The notes beneath the pieces were generated by a model. That model made no database searches and was not told the origin of the DNA. It saw only the letters and a list, made by a program, of their open reading frames with translations. Position numbers and translations under genes: made by a program. From contig JAYQSL010000007.1 of assembly GCA_038146865.1 (NCBI GenBank), positions 301,203-365,202 on the forward strand: a stretch of DNA of 64,000 nt. The letters are read 5' to 3'. Source of the stretch: Rhodospirillaceae bacterium (GTDB taxonomy: Bacteria > Pseudomonadota > Alphaproteobacteria > MPNO01 > UBA2964). This document shows positions 1-10,082 of this stretch, piece after piece (position 1 is the first letter of the stretch; the number at the start of each line of letters is the position of its first letter).

Positions 1-361
1 TTGGGTTGATCGATACAGGTCCGGTACTACCCAAGCAACCACCGAGAATATTAGCGCAAATCACAAAAAGCTTATTCGTATCCACAACCTTCCCTGGTCC
101 CACTAGGCGATCCCACCAGCCTGGCTTTCCGGTGAGTGGGTGGGGGTTCGCAACATACTGGTCCCCCGTTAGTGCATGACATACCAAAACAGCATTAGAC
201 TTTTGAGGATTAAGTTCACCATAAGTCTGAAATGCAACAGTGAAGGGACTTAGCTGTTTTCCGCTTATCAACTTTAACGGCTCATCCAGACCGAGTTCGA
301 TCACGTGACCCGGCAATTCACCGCTTTTAAACTTTGATATAGATGACGATTCAGATGCCAT
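1..361 (-). CDS. metX: homoserine O-acetyltransferase, N-terminal part (gene runs off the left edge)
   Basis: Absent from the ORF track because it has no stop in the window. My translation of the minus strand from ATG 361-359 gives [115 protein letters not shown]. The CHALTGD, GWW and FVIC.N.LGGC.GSTGP blocks are the MetX N-terminal signature. Confidence 0.85.
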   Translation of the reverse strand, partial: MASESSSISKFKSGELPGHVIELGLDEPLKLISGKQLSPFTVAFQTYGELNPQKSNAVLVCHALTGDQYVANPHPLTGKPGWWDRLVGPGKVVDTNKLFVICANILGGCLGSTGPVSINP

Positions 362-512
362 TTTCACAAACCACAAGGTGTTTTTATTTCCCTAGGCCAG
401 ATAGCTAGGCCCTGGAAAATAAAATATCAATGATTTCTTTGCTTTTCGATGCCAAACCTTTTAATTGATATCGTGTTATTTTTGAGCTTTTTACTGTAAT
501 CGGTCAAATTGC

Positions 513-1352
513 ATGGCGAAGGATAAAACTGATCTTTCCGAGGTCCGAAAGGAAATCGACGAAGTAGACTCAAAGATCCTAAGATTATTGATGCGGAGAG
601 CGGAAATCGTTGATGATGTTAGGACAGCAAAATTAGCGACCAATACTGTGGCCTATCGTCCGGGGCGGGAGGCACAGGTGTTAAGAAGGTTGGCTGTCCT
701 CCATAAAGGAAATTTTCCGTTGGCAGCCCTGATCCGAATTTGGCGAGAAATAATGGCTGCATCAGTAGCTATGCAACAAGATTTTTCTTGCGCTTTTTGT
801 GATTTTGAGGCTGGAGGAGCTGAGGCCCTAGTCAAGGATAATTTTGGTGTAATGACTCAAATGTCCAAGTATGCTAGTCCGGACGAAGTTATCCGTGCAG
901 TTAAGAACGGCGAGTGCTCAGTAGGGCTCTTGCCAAAGCCTATACAGAATGAGAGAAGGCCATGGTGGCAGCACTTTTATTTTGATTTGGAACACGAGCT
1001 CCGCATCTGCGGCAGTGCCTTCTCAGGAAATAATTTTTCATCTCCCGAGGCTCTGATTATTGGAAAGGTGCCGCCTGAAGAAACTGGAGCGGACAGCACA
1101 TATTTTGTACTAGAACACGATCGATCATTTGAAGAATTAGAAGCGGGGAAAATTTTTGGAGAACCGCTGATGGATTGTGTCTCGGTTGCAGGACCGACAA
1201 TTGGCAGAGATAGCGCCCATTTTTCTTTGCTGAAAATCAAAGGATTTTATCTGGAGGACTCAAGGTTTGGTGAGCCTCAATTAAAGGAGTTAATTGGCTT
1301 GACCGGTTGCAAATGTATCGGGGCTGCGCCTCTAGGAATTTTGGAAAAATGA
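513..1352 (+). CDS. chorismate mutase family protein (AroQ-type N-terminal domain plus a long C-terminal extension)
   Basis: 279-aa ORF. The N-terminus LSEVRKEIDEVDSKILRLLMRRAEIVDDV is the helical chorismate-mutase type II motif. It sits directly upstream of hisC-tyrC, and its stop overlaps the hisC ATG (ATGA at 1349-1352). Confidence 0.7.
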   Translation: MAKDKTDLSEVRKEIDEVDSKILRLLMRRAEIVDDVRTAKLATNTVAYRPGREAQVLRRLAVLHKGNFPLAALIRIWREIMAASVAMQQDFSCAFCDFEAGGAEALVKDNFGVMTQMSKYASPDEVIRAVKNGECSVGLLPKPIQNERRPWWQHFYFDLEHELRICGSAFSGNNFSSPEALIIGKVPPEETGADSTYFVLEHDRSFEELEAGKIFGEPLMDCVSVAGPTIGRDSAHFSLLKIKGFYLEDSRFGEPQLKELIGLTGCKCIGAAPLGILEK

Positions 1353-2452
1353 TGAAAAGTCTTATGCCTCGGCCAGGAATTATGGAGATCAAACCGTATA
1401 CCCCTGGCAAATCAAATTTGCCCGGTTTTCAGAATATTATAAAATTATCGTCCAATGAAAGTGCTCTCGGACCAAGTCAGAAGGCGGTAGATGCTTTTAT
1501 AAAGGCATCAAAAGATTTACATCACTATCCCGATGGTGAGGTTGCTGGCCTGAGAGAAGCCATTGGTGATGTGTACGGTGTTGATCCTGCTAGGCTAGTG
1601 TGCGGGGCGGGCTCGGATGAACTTTTTTATAATCTAGCTCGAGCCTATGCCGGACCTGGAGATGAAATCCTATATAGCAAACATGGATTTAACATCTATC
1701 CGATCGTGGCGCATGCGGTTGGAGCAACGCCTGTCACTGCGCCGGAGAAAGAACTAGTATTCGATGTGGATGCGGTTTTAGAGGCAGTAACTGATAGAAC
1801 TCGGATTGTTTTTATCGCAAATCCCAACAACCCCACAGGTTCCTATATTCCTAGGGAGGAGCTAAAGAGGCTCCGGAACGGTTTGCCTGAAGAAATTCTG
1901 TTAGTGATTGATGGAGCCTATTCGGAATATGTCAGAAAGGCGGATTACACAGACGGAATTGATTTGGTTACTGACAGTCAAAACACAGTCGCGACCAGGA
2001 CTTTTTCAAAAATCTATGGGCTCGCATCATTGCGGGTAGGTTGGGCTTTTTGCCCGGAAGAAATTGCCGGTGTTCTCAATAGATTGCGGGCGCCCTTTAA
2101 TATAACCGCGGCCGCGCAAGCGGCCGCAATAGAGGCGGTGAACGATCAAGACCATATCAATGCCTCATTGGCACATAATGATACTTGGCTTCCTTGGTTG
2201 CGAGATAAATTGAGTTCGCTAGGATTACACGTGCATCCAAGTGTAGGAAATTTTCTTCTCGTTCAATTTCCGGAGAGCTCCGGCTGCACAGCCGATGACG
2301 CGAATAAATTTCTTGCCTCCAGAGGGATTATTCCGCGTGAGACAGGGGGCTATGGCTTGCCCCAGTGTTTGAGGATTACTATTGGCAAGGAATATGAAAA
2401 TCGTGCCGTTGAAAAAGCTTTGTCTGAGTTTGTCTCCCTCTTTAAAAACTGA
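1349..2452 (+). CDS. hisC: histidinol-phosphate / aromatic aminotransferase (class II PLP enzyme)
   Basis: The ORF track gives 1307..2452. I prefer ATG 1349 (MMKSLMPRPGIMEIKPYTPGK), which is coupled to the upstream stop. Motifs: KLSSNE, ANPNNPTG, TFSKIYGLASLRVGW (PLP lysine). Confidence 0.9.
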   Translation: MMKSLMPRPGIMEIKPYTPGKSNLPGFQNIIKLSSNESALGPSQKAVDAFIKASKDLHHYPDGEVAGLREAIGDVYGVDPARLVCGAGSDELFYNLARAYAGPGDEILYSKHGFNIYPIVAHAVGATPVTAPEKELVFDVDAVLEAVTDRTRIVFIANPNNPTGSYIPREELKRLRNGLPEEILLVIDGAYSEYVRKADYTDGIDLVTDSQNTVATRTFSKIYGLASLRVGWAFCPEEIAGVLNRLRAPFNITAAAQAAAIEAVNDQDHINASLAHNDTWLPWLRDKLSSLGLHVHPSVGNFLLVQFPESSGCTADDANKFLASRGIIPRETGGYGLPQCLRITIGKEYENRAVEKALSEFVSLFKN

Positions 2453-3369
2453 TGACAGGTAAGGGAATGGTCAAGTTTAAACGCGCGGCTTTCCTCGGAA
2501 TGGGATTAATTGGTTCCTCTCTCGCGCGCGTAATGAAGCGTGATGGCTTGGTAGACCATATCATCGCCTGTGCGCGTTCGAGTGAGACTCGGGAAACGGC
2601 TCTTAAACTTGGCATTGCGGACTCTGTTACAGATGAACCAGAGGCAGCGGTCTCAGGTGCAGACCTTGTTTTGCTGTGCACTCCAGTTGGAGCGTATCAG
2701 GATTTAATAAAAAAAATATCCGCTCATTTATCTCCCGAGACAATTGTGACTGATGTCGGCTCGGTGAAGCAGCAGGTTATCAGATCGATCAGGCCTCATC
2801 TCCCAGAACATGTTCATTTCGTGCCGGGGCACCCTATTGCTGGTACAGAAAACTCGGGTCCGGCTTCTGGCTTTGACACCCTCTTTGAGGACCGTTGGGT
2901 GGTTTTGACCCCCGAGCCAGAAACCGAACCCGCGCCTATTGAAAAGGTGGCGTCTTTGTGGCGACAAGCGGGAGCACGCATTGAGATAATGGATGCTATT
3001 CATCACGATAAGGTGTTAGCTATTACATCTCATGTTCCTCACCTCATTGCATACACTATCGTGGGAACTGCCAACGATTTGGAGGAACACCTGAAAGGTG
3101 AAGTGGTGAAGTTTGCTGCATCGGGTTTTCGAGACTTTACGCGTATCGCAGCATCAGACCCAATCATGTGGCGAGATATTTTTTTAAATAATCAAGAAGC
3201 AGTCTTGGAAATGTTAGGTCGTTTGACTGAGGATATCTCTGTCCTGCAGAGATGCATAAGAGATGCCGATGGCGAAAAAATGGAAGCGTTATTTACGCGA
3301 ACTAGAGAAATCCGTAGATCTGTAATTGAGGCAGGTCAGCATATTCCCCCTTCACCAAAGGATAGTTAG
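2452..3369 (+). CDS. tyrC: prephenate/arogenate (cyclohexadienyl) dehydrogenase
   Basis: 305 aa. Rossmann motif FLGMGLIGSS and the GHPIAGTE block. TGATG overlap with the hisC stop. Confidence 0.85.
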   Translation: MTGKGMVKFKRAAFLGMGLIGSSLARVMKRDGLVDHIIACARSSETRETALKLGIADSVTDEPEAAVSGADLVLLCTPVGAYQDLIKKISAHLSPETIVTDVGSVKQQVIRSIRPHLPEHVHFVPGHPIAGTENSGPASGFDTLFEDRWVVLTPEPETEPAPIEKVASLWRQAGARIEIMDAIHHDKVLAITSHVPHLIAYTIVGTANDLEEHLKGEVVKFAASGFRDFTRIAASDPIMWRDIFLNNQEAVLEMLGRLTEDISVLQRCIRDADGEKMEALFTRTREIRRSVIEAGQHIPPSPKDS

Positions 3370-3372
3370 TGG

Positions 3373-4413
3373 TCAATTCAAAATAGGGCGAAGTTTAAGA
3401 AGTCTAATTGGCCCTACTGCGAGCCAGCCATCTTGAGCTGTAATTGGGACGGAGATCTTATCCTTATTATTTCCGCTATTTTTTGCGCCGAAGCTGCTTA
3501 GTACCATTTGTAGTAAAAAAAGATCGGAGTCCTGCAGCACTCCTGTTTTGGCTAGAGATTGAAATAGTTTTCTGAAGCCGGAAGCCTCTATTTTAAGCGA
3601 TGCGAGCAACCGTAATTCTTGGTCTACAGAATATGTGCCAACTGACTGAAAGTTTATTCCGCCCCAGTCTGCTTTGAGTTCGTTGATTTCAATCGCGCCT
3701 CCCGATTGCCTCCATTCTGATAGAGCCTCTCTCGGCCTTAGTTTGGTCCTATAATTTCCATAAATATCCCCTCTTAGAACAAGCCGCTTTATCGGAAAAT
3801 AAGCTGAATTTTTTGATTGGTTCGGTAGCTCAATTTCTTCTGCCGAAACATTCAGCCTGGCAAACTTCGGAATACCATTCTCAGATTTTTCCGAGGACAG
3901 TGTGAGTTTAAGTTTAGGATTGTGAAAGCTTACTGAGCTAAGATTTCCTCCCAGGGTTTCAATTGTCTTGGAGAAAAATGTGTATCGCTTACGGTCATGT
4001 TCTGCTGTCGAGATATCAATATTTAGTCCATCAAAACTTAGTTCGAAAAGCTTTTCTAGACTTTGATTAAACGCTTTTGTTGAAGTTTTCCCGCCAGCTA
4101 CTACCGAGAGATCTCTCGGGTTTAGGGGTGACCAATCGAAAAAGACATAATTGCTGGACCAATGTAATGATTTTTTTTTGTCAAAAGGGGCTTTTATCGT
4201 AATTTCGCGGTAATTGGACCTCCACCGGAGAGGAAAACCCGTTTTCGTTCTTTCTGAGAACTCAATTTTCCACCCGTTATTACGCTTGTCGTCTATCCAT
4301 TGGTTTTCCTTGTGGCTAAGGTACAAAGCGCCTGTCCACCATGACAGGTACGTGAGCAGGAGTCCCGCTAAAATCAGGGAGATAACCCACGATAGTCGAA
4401 ATTTTAATCGCAT
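3373..4413 (-). CDS. membrane-anchored conserved hypothetical protein (DUF2125-like)
   Basis: 346 aa with a single N-terminal TM helix (WVISLILAGLLLTYLSWWTGALYL). No catalytic motif that I recognise. The DUF2125 label rests only on my memory that such a gene follows tyrC in Alphaproteobacteria. Confidence 0.45.
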   Translation of the reverse strand: MRLKFRLSWVISLILAGLLLTYLSWWTGALYLSHKENQWIDDKRNNGWKIEFSERTKTGFPLRWRSNYREITIKAPFDKKKSLHWSSNYVFFDWSPLNPRDLSVVAGGKTSTKAFNQSLEKLFELSFDGLNIDISTAEHDRKRYTFFSKTIETLGGNLSSVSFHNPKLKLTLSSEKSENGIPKFARLNVSAEEIELPNQSKNSAYFPIKRLVLRGDIYGNYRTKLRPREALSEWRQSGGAIEINELKADWGGINFQSVGTYSVDQELRLLASLKIEASGFRKLFQSLAKTGVLQDSDLFLLQMVLSSFGAKNSGNNKDKISVPITAQDGWLAVGPIRLLKLRPILN

Positions 4414-4487
4414 TTGGGCATATCAAAATGGATGGTAATTAATCTCCCATACATATAAGCTTTCCCTTCCCTGATTCTAATTTGTTT

Positions 4488-5375
4488 ATGTCTTATTTTC
4501 AAAAAAATAAAATGTCGCCCAGTATGACAGCGGCAGCCTCAGCCTTGTTTGTTTTTTTCTGGGCAAGCGGATTTATTTCCGCCAAATACGGTTTCCCCTT
4601 TGCTGAACCATTCACCTTCTTATGTTTGCGATTTTTAGTCGCGATAGTACTCCTAACGATAATCTGCTTTATCTGGAGAGTAGAGTGGCCAAAAACACCC
4701 ACTGAACTGGGGCATGTTGTATTGGCGGGCTGGCTTGTTCAGGCAACTTACTTGATAGGCGTATGGTATGGCATTTGGTTGGGTGTTGATACAGGTGTGG
4801 TCGCACTAATAGTGGGTATACAACCAATTTTGACGGGGACCCTGTCTGGCATGTTTCTGGGTGAAAAAGTTACTAAGATAGGATGGATTGGATTGGTACT
4901 GGGTTTTGTTGGTCTCAGCCTGGTTGTCTCAGAAAAAGTCAATGTTGAGGGAACTCAGGGCTTAGGGGCACTATTTTGTGTTGTTGGCTTGCTCGGGATT
5001 ACAATTGGTACGCTCTATCAAAAAAAATATTGCGGGGCAGTGGATACGCGCGCTGCTGTTTTGGTTCAAAATATCGCCTCATTAGCTTTAATATTACCTC
5101 TAGCTTTCTTATTTGAAACGAGGGACGTGATTTGGGAAGGAGAATTCTGGTTTGCCCTATTTTGGTCTTCTATAGGACTTTCAGTGGTCGCCATTGCACT
5201 TTATTTTGTCCTTGTGCAGAGGGGCGCAGCTGTGAAAGTGACTTCTATGATTTATCTTAGTCCCCCTACCACAGCGATTATGGGATGGGCTGTTTTTGGA
5301 GAGACTATGTCTGCACTTGCCTTGCTAGGTTTTTTGGCAACGGTGGTCGGGGTCGCTTTAGCCGCACGTGGTTAA
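4488..5375 (+). CDS. DMT-superfamily (EamA-type) transporter
   Basis: About 10 predicted TM helices in two repeated halves. The ORF track starts at TTG 4482. ATG 4488 is used here, and the start is uncertain. Confidence 0.8.
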   Translation: MSYFQKNKMSPSMTAAASALFVFFWASGFISAKYGFPFAEPFTFLCLRFLVAIVLLTIICFIWRVEWPKTPTELGHVVLAGWLVQATYLIGVWYGIWLGVDTGVVALIVGIQPILTGTLSGMFLGEKVTKIGWIGLVLGFVGLSLVVSEKVNVEGTQGLGALFCVVGLLGITIGTLYQKKYCGAVDTRAAVLVQNIASLALILPLAFLFETRDVIWEGEFWFALFWSSIGLSVVAIALYFVLVQRGAAVKVTSMIYLSPPTTAIMGWAVFGETMSALALLGFLATVVGVALAARG

Positions 5376-5378
5376 GAA

Positions 5379-5939
5379 TTGGTAAAAGATTTTTCAAGAA
5401 CAGAAATTTTGGCTTCATTAACAGCAAACCTGTGGTTCTTCGCCTATGGCTCACTGATGTGGGAGCCAGGATTTGAGGTGGAAGATCGGTGCCACGGACG
5501 TTTGTTCGGTTGGCATCGTTCATTTTGCATCGATTCTATCTTGTATCGTGGAACTCCGGAGGAGCCAGGGCTTTCTTTGGGACTAGATCTAGGGGGATCC
5601 TGCAAAGGTATCGCCATAAAAATACCGACTAGGAATCGTGAGGAAATACTTGCAAATTTATCGGCGCGCGAGATGCCAGAGGAAATTTATTCGTGTCGAC
5701 CGGTGAAATTATTCACTGGAAGGGGTATCATTTCTGCGCTGACTTTAACGGTTAATCGTGACCATCGACTGTACAGCCCGCCGATAGACGTCAATCTAGC
5801 AGCAAAAAGGATTGCTTCTACTAAGGGTATTAAGGGAACCAACCTGGAATATTTGTCGAAAACAGTGTCACTTCTTGAAAAAGAGGGGATAACGGATCGG
5901 TCCCTTGTTGCTTTGCTTGACAGGGCCAAACAAGTTTAG
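5379..5939 (+). CDS. chaC: ChaC-like gamma-glutamylcyclotransferase
   Basis: 186 aa. FFAYGSLMWEPGF and GWHRSFC are the ChaC/GGCT N-terminal motifs. It has a TTG start, so the exact start is uncertain. Confidence 0.75.
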   Translation: MVKDFSRTEILASLTANLWFFAYGSLMWEPGFEVEDRCHGRLFGWHRSFCIDSILYRGTPEEPGLSLGLDLGGSCKGIAIKIPTRNREEILANLSAREMPEEIYSCRPVKLFTGRGIISALTLTVNRDHRLYSPPIDVNLAAKRIASTKGIKGTNLEYLSKTVSLLEKEGITDRSLVALLDRAKQV

Positions 5940-5979
5940 ATGATTAGATTTTATTAAGAACGTTTTTAAGGGGATAATA

Positions 5980-6846
5980 ATGAAGCTGGTTAGCTTTTTT
6001 AGAGACAATCGTAGGCGCTTCGGTGCGATCGTTGATGATAAAATTTTTGACCTAACGGACATAGAAGTTGATGGGCAGCTTCAAAACGGTTTGAAAGATG
6101 TATTAGGTAATGAGTCCGCATTAAATGAATTGGAGCGACTTTTAAGCAAGGGTAATCAGCCCGAGTTCGGGCTTGACGATGTAAGTTACATGCTTCCTAT
6201 CCCAGATCCCCACAAGATTTTCTGTGTCGGACGCAATTATCGAGCGTATCATGAGGTCTTGGAAGACGGACGTCCTGACTGGCCCAGTATCTTCCCTCGT
6301 TTTGTTGATAGTTTTAGTGCCCACCAAGAGTCGATTATTCGCGGAAAGGACGATGGTGATCAACTTGATTACGAGGGTGAACTGGTAGCCGTAATAGGAA
6401 AACACGCGCGGCATGTGCGTGAGGAAGATGCATTATCATTTGTTGGAGGCTACACCATCGCGAATGAGGGTAGTGTAAGAAATTGGATTGGGCGAGGAAC
6501 TCAAAATTGTCCGGTTAAAAATCAATGGCGGTCCGGTTCGATGGGACCATGGATCGTAACTGCAGAAGAGGTTCCAGATCCATCTGCGCTTAAGATTCAT
6601 ACCCAGGTAAATGGGGAAACCCGCCAGAATGGTGGCACGGACATGATGATTTTTGATCTTCCTTTTGTAATTTCCTACATAAGCCGTTTTACGCCACTTG
6701 CCCCTGGAGATTGCATCTGTACCGGCTCTCCAGGTGGGTCTGCTATTGAACACGATCCACCCGGATATTTGGCTCCTGGAAATGTCCTGGAGGTAAGCAT
6801 AGGGGGAATAGGAACATTGCGGAATGTGATAGAGGCGGAGCTCTAG
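5980..6846 (+). CDS. fumarylacetoacetate hydrolase (FAH) family protein
   Basis: 288 aa. CVGRNYRAYH and DYEGELVAVIGK are the FAH-fold metal-site blocks. AAGGGG Shine-Dalgarno sequence upstream. Confidence 0.85.
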   Translation: MKLVSFFRDNRRRFGAIVDDKIFDLTDIEVDGQLQNGLKDVLGNESALNELERLLSKGNQPEFGLDDVSYMLPIPDPHKIFCVGRNYRAYHEVLEDGRPDWPSIFPRFVDSFSAHQESIIRGKDDGDQLDYEGELVAVIGKHARHVREEDALSFVGGYTIANEGSVRNWIGRGTQNCPVKNQWRSGSMGPWIVTAEEVPDPSALKIHTQVNGETRQNGGTDMMIFDLPFVISYISRFTPLAPGDCICTGSPGGSAIEHDPPGYLAPGNVLEVSIGGIGTLRNVIEAEL

Positions 6847-6858
6847 GTTAGGGGATTA

Positions 6859-7560
6859 ATGAATGCAAACAATAATTCCCGATCCCTGGTGTTGTTCTCA
6901 GGGGGTCAAGACTCTGCTACATGTTTAGCATGGGCCCTCAATAACTTTAGTTACGTAGAAACAATTGGGTTTAATTACGGCCAGACCCATGCCATAGAGT
7001 TATCTGTCCGGAAAGACTTCCTTAAATTTATTCGGAAAAAATTTCCTAAGTGGGCGCAAAAATTGGGCCCAGATCAACTTGTCGACATGTCTTTCTTGAG
7101 CGGAATCATAAAAAGCACACTTACTGGCAATAGCGATTCAGAGATCTCGAAAAAAAAATTACCTTTGAGCTTTGTTCCAGGGCGCAACTTATTATTCTTA
7201 AATACGGCCGCTTCATATGGTTACGATAGGCGGCTACGCCACTTGGTTATCGGTACGGGAGAGGTCGACTTTTCCGGTTATCCAGATTGCAGACGCGAAA
7301 CTCTGGATGCGATGTCGGCAGCCATAAAGCTTGGTATCGAGGAAGATTATCAAATTCATTCTCCACTTATGGACCTCACGAAGGCAAAAGTTTGGAAATT
7401 AGCTCATGATTTGGGAGGTAAACCATTAGTAGATTTAATTCTAGAGGTTAGTCATAGCTGCTATTTGGGAAATAGAGATTCACGTCACGAATGGGGCTAC
7501 GGTTGCGGTATTTGCGATGCTTGTAGATTGAGAGCCGAGGGTTGGTTCAGCTATCGGTAA
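6859..7560 (+). CDS. queC: 7-cyano-7-deazaguanine synthase
   Basis: 233 aa. PP-loop LFSGGQDSATC and a C-terminal zinc cysteine cluster CYLG...GCGICDACRLR. Confidence 0.9.
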   Translation: MNANNNSRSLVLFSGGQDSATCLAWALNNFSYVETIGFNYGQTHAIELSVRKDFLKFIRKKFPKWAQKLGPDQLVDMSFLSGIIKSTLTGNSDSEISKKKLPLSFVPGRNLLFLNTAASYGYDRRLRHLVIGTGEVDFSGYPDCRRETLDAMSAAIKLGIEEDYQIHSPLMDLTKAKVWKLAHDLGGKPLVDLILEVSHSCYLGNRDSRHEWGYGCGICDACRLRAEGWFSYR

Positions 7561-7675
7561 ACGTTTTCGGGTGGGAAAGGCTTTGTCTGGAACGAATTGC
7601 AAATCCAACAAGTTCTTTTTGATATGGAGACGTTAAATTGAAACTCTATAGAGCCATTTTGGTAGGAGTGAAAAA

Positions 7676-8269
7676 ATGAGCGAGGATTTTTTTTCCAATT
7701 CGGGCCACAGGTTGCCTCCCGTTCGGCGTGAAGATTTAGATGACGCAGCTAGGAAGGTATATGACCATTTCGTCGATCCCAATAGCACAACATATGTGGG
7801 CATTTGGGGGCCTGGAGGCATAAGGCTTCATTCACCGGAGGTGGCAAAACACACACAATCTATGAATGATTATATTCGCTATGGTGCCGGAATTGATCCA
7901 CGTCTGAGGGAAATTGCAATATTGGTGGTCGCCCGCGAACATAATAGCCAATTTGAATGGTGTGCTCACCTGGAGCCGGCGTTGAAGCAAGGTGTCTCGG
8001 AAAAAGTTATAAATATTATTAGAGACAACGCATCGGTCGAGGGTATAGACCCTGTGGATGCAATGGTAATTAAACTGGGTCGGGAAATATTTTCAGGAAC
8101 GAAGGTGACCAAGGAAACCTACGATTCCGCATTGTCTCATTTCGGTGCCAGAGGTCTTGTGGATTTTGTGACTTTAATGGGTGGTTATGCGGCTACTGCC
8201 GCTATTTTAAAGACTTTTAATATGCAGCTAAAACCTGAGTGGATCCCTTCACTGCCTATTGACGAGTAA
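7676..8269 (+). CDS. carboxymuconolactone decarboxylase (AhpD-like) family protein
   Basis: 197 aa. All-helical AhpD-like pattern with the SQFEWCAHLEPAL motif. GGAG Shine-Dalgarno sequence 8 nt upstream. Confidence 0.7.
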   Translation: MSEDFFSNSGHRLPPVRREDLDDAARKVYDHFVDPNSTTYVGIWGPGGIRLHSPEVAKHTQSMNDYIRYGAGIDPRLREIAILVVAREHNSQFEWCAHLEPALKQGVSEKVINIIRDNASVEGIDPVDAMVIKLGREIFSGTKVTKETYDSALSHFGARGLVDFVTLMGGYAATAAILKTFNMQLKPEWIPSLPIDE

Positions 8270-8347
8270 ATCCAGACCTCAAATTCATGTCTGTAAAGAT
8301 TTAGAAATCATCGATGGCAATTCGGCCACTTTGACCATAATTACATA

Positions 8348-8902
8348 TTAGCTTTGTTCTTTCATCTCTGGATACAAGTCAACATATCCGACTTTAGCCC
8401 TCCGTTCTGCTTGCGCCCGAGCGGCGTCAGGGGTTTTTGGAATGAAACCGAAACCCTCTACGACTCTGCACATGAAATTCATTCTTGCGGTGACCGCGAT
8501 TATGTCGTGGAAGGCCTGTTTATCCCATCCAGCGTTAAATATAGCCTCGGCATCCTTTTCCATTACCGATGAAGGATCAAGGGTAAGCTTTTTAACATAC
8601 CGGAAGACTGGTTTCCATTTTTCTTCTACCGGAGCGCTGTCAATATCGTCTACCAGCGCGTCAGCAATACCCCTCTCAATGCCTCGCGCATAAGCGGCTT
8701 CTGCATGAGCGATGTAGGAGTAATTAATGTTTGCTATTCCGGCTACGTACGCCTGTATCAGCTCTTTTTCCGCGGGACTAAGGGGGGAGGGGCCGTTGAT
8801 CAACTTCTCTCCCATTTTTGTCCAATGCCCGTAAATGTCGGGATAAGCGGCGAAAATATTACCTGGTCCTGCATCCTCAGGCATTGATTTATCGTAAGGC
8901 AT
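8348..8902 (-). CDS. AhpD-like / peroxidase-related CMD family protein
   Basis: The ORF track gives 8348..8920. A GAGGAG Shine-Dalgarno sequence lies inside that extension, 5 nt before ATG 8902 (MPYDKSMPED), so 8902 is preferred. Helical CMD-type sequence. Confidence 0.65.
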   Translation of the reverse strand: MPYDKSMPEDAGPGNIFAAYPDIYGHWTKMGEKLINGPSPLSPAEKELIQAYVAGIANINYSYIAHAEAAYARGIERGIADALVDDIDSAPVEEKWKPVFRYVKKLTLDPSSVMEKDAEAIFNAGWDKQAFHDIIAVTARMNFMCRVVEGFGFIPKTPDAARAQAERRAKVGYVDLYPEMKEQS

Positions 8903-9051
8903 CAAAACTCCTCGTTTCACCTATTACCAAAGCAAAGCAGCAGCAGTTGGTCTCTAATCAGACAAAGTCGCGTGGTTTCCGACAGCCGCCTAATCTAATA
9001 TGACCGCTCCGCTTAAATCAAATAAGTATGTTCTACCTGGTGCTCTTCGAG

Positions 9052-9798
9052 CTAGCGGCTCATGGTCTCTTTCAGAAACACTTGCAGAGCAGACCAACTT
9101 TTCTTATCTGCACCTTCACGGTAGCGTTTTGACCCAAACACTGTAAATGCGTGCGGCGCTCCCGAGTATACCTGGATCTCGTATTTTAATTTAGACCTCT
9201 CTAATTCTTTAGAGAGTTCTGCTACTTGATCCATTGAAATGGCTCGGTCAGCTCCACCATGGGCAACAAATATTGGGGGGGTAGAATCTGGGTAAGATTG
9301 ACCTTGAGGCGTGGACAAACCTCCATGGAAGGACGCATAGCCTGCGATGCCTTGGGCGGCGCCAGAGCGGGCTATTTCCAGCGCGGCAGCGCCTCCAAAA
9401 CAATACCCGATGACAACAGTTTTGGTTGGCCCTCGCTTGGTAGCCTCTTTAAGTCCTCCTATAAGGAGAGAGAGCATACGTTTGCGATCTTTATAGAGGG
9501 CGCGAGTAGCCGCACGTCGATCTTTAATTGCTTTAGGCCGATTTCCTTTTCCAAATAGATCCACAGCAAATGCGTCATACCCAAGCTGGACCAGCATATC
9601 GGAGCGTTTTTTCTCGTATTCTGTGAGGCCATCCCAATCGTGTACTATAAAAACAAGGCCCTTACTGGGTTTGCCAACCACTTTAGCGCTATATCCCTCA
9701 AAGGTCTCTCCATTTATCTGATAGGTGACGTCTGTGCCGGCCCAAGCTTTAAAGGACAGCATTACAAAAATGATGAACACGGATGATAATTTAACCAT
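9052..9798 (-). CDS. secreted dienelactone hydrolase family protein
   Basis: 248 aa. Signal peptide MVKLSSVFIIFVMLSFKAWA, nucleophile elbow GYCFGG and a C-terminal His (GAPHAF). Confidence 0.8.
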   Translation of the reverse strand: MVKLSSVFIIFVMLSFKAWAGTDVTYQINGETFEGYSAKVVGKPSKGLVFIVHDWDGLTEYEKKRSDMLVQLGYDAFAVDLFGKGNRPKAIKDRRAATRALYKDRKRMLSLLIGGLKEATKRGPTKTVVIGYCFGGAAALEIARSGAAQGIAGYASFHGGLSTPQGQSYPDSTPPIFVAHGGADRAISMDQVAELSKELERSKLKYEIQVYSGAPHAFTVFGSKRYREGADKKSWSALQVFLKETMSR

Positions 9799-10082
9799 GA
9801 AGTTACCCTCGCTACTCGAGAATGCGGAACCGTCCCCTTTCTCGAAAAATTAGAATATTATGAAGTTAATTTTGAAACCCTTTTGACAGTTAAACTATAG
9901 AACAATCAGGTGTTTAGATAATGCCAAAAATTACGGGTCTTCAATAGAAATGTTTGATCGATAAAAAATATCAAGATCTTTCCCAAAAAAATTCTGTTTC
10001 TTAGAGTAAAAATGGGACAAATATCTTTTTTTCGATTTTGGAAGGGATTGATATCAAGAGTGTCCTCTGCCGACTCAGCAAA

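Noticed and set aside
362-512. Possible SAM-II/SAM-V riboswitch in the metX leader (minus strand), prompted by CGATTACAGTAAAAAGCTC and a CCTAG/CTAGG hairpin.
   Set aside because: I could not build the H-type pseudoknot (P1 hairpin plus the 3' AAAGCU strand pairing into the loop). The AAAGCT element also lies at the far end of the region, next to the divergent chorismate-mutase start. A covariance-model scan would be needed.
9799-10082. 9-nt direct repeat ATATCAAGA (about 9971 and about 10053) in the 283-bp gap between the dienelactone hydrolase and plsC genes.
   Set aside because: This is a short AT-rich repeat in an AT-rich spacer, with no dyad symmetry and no associated gene start. It is likely chance.
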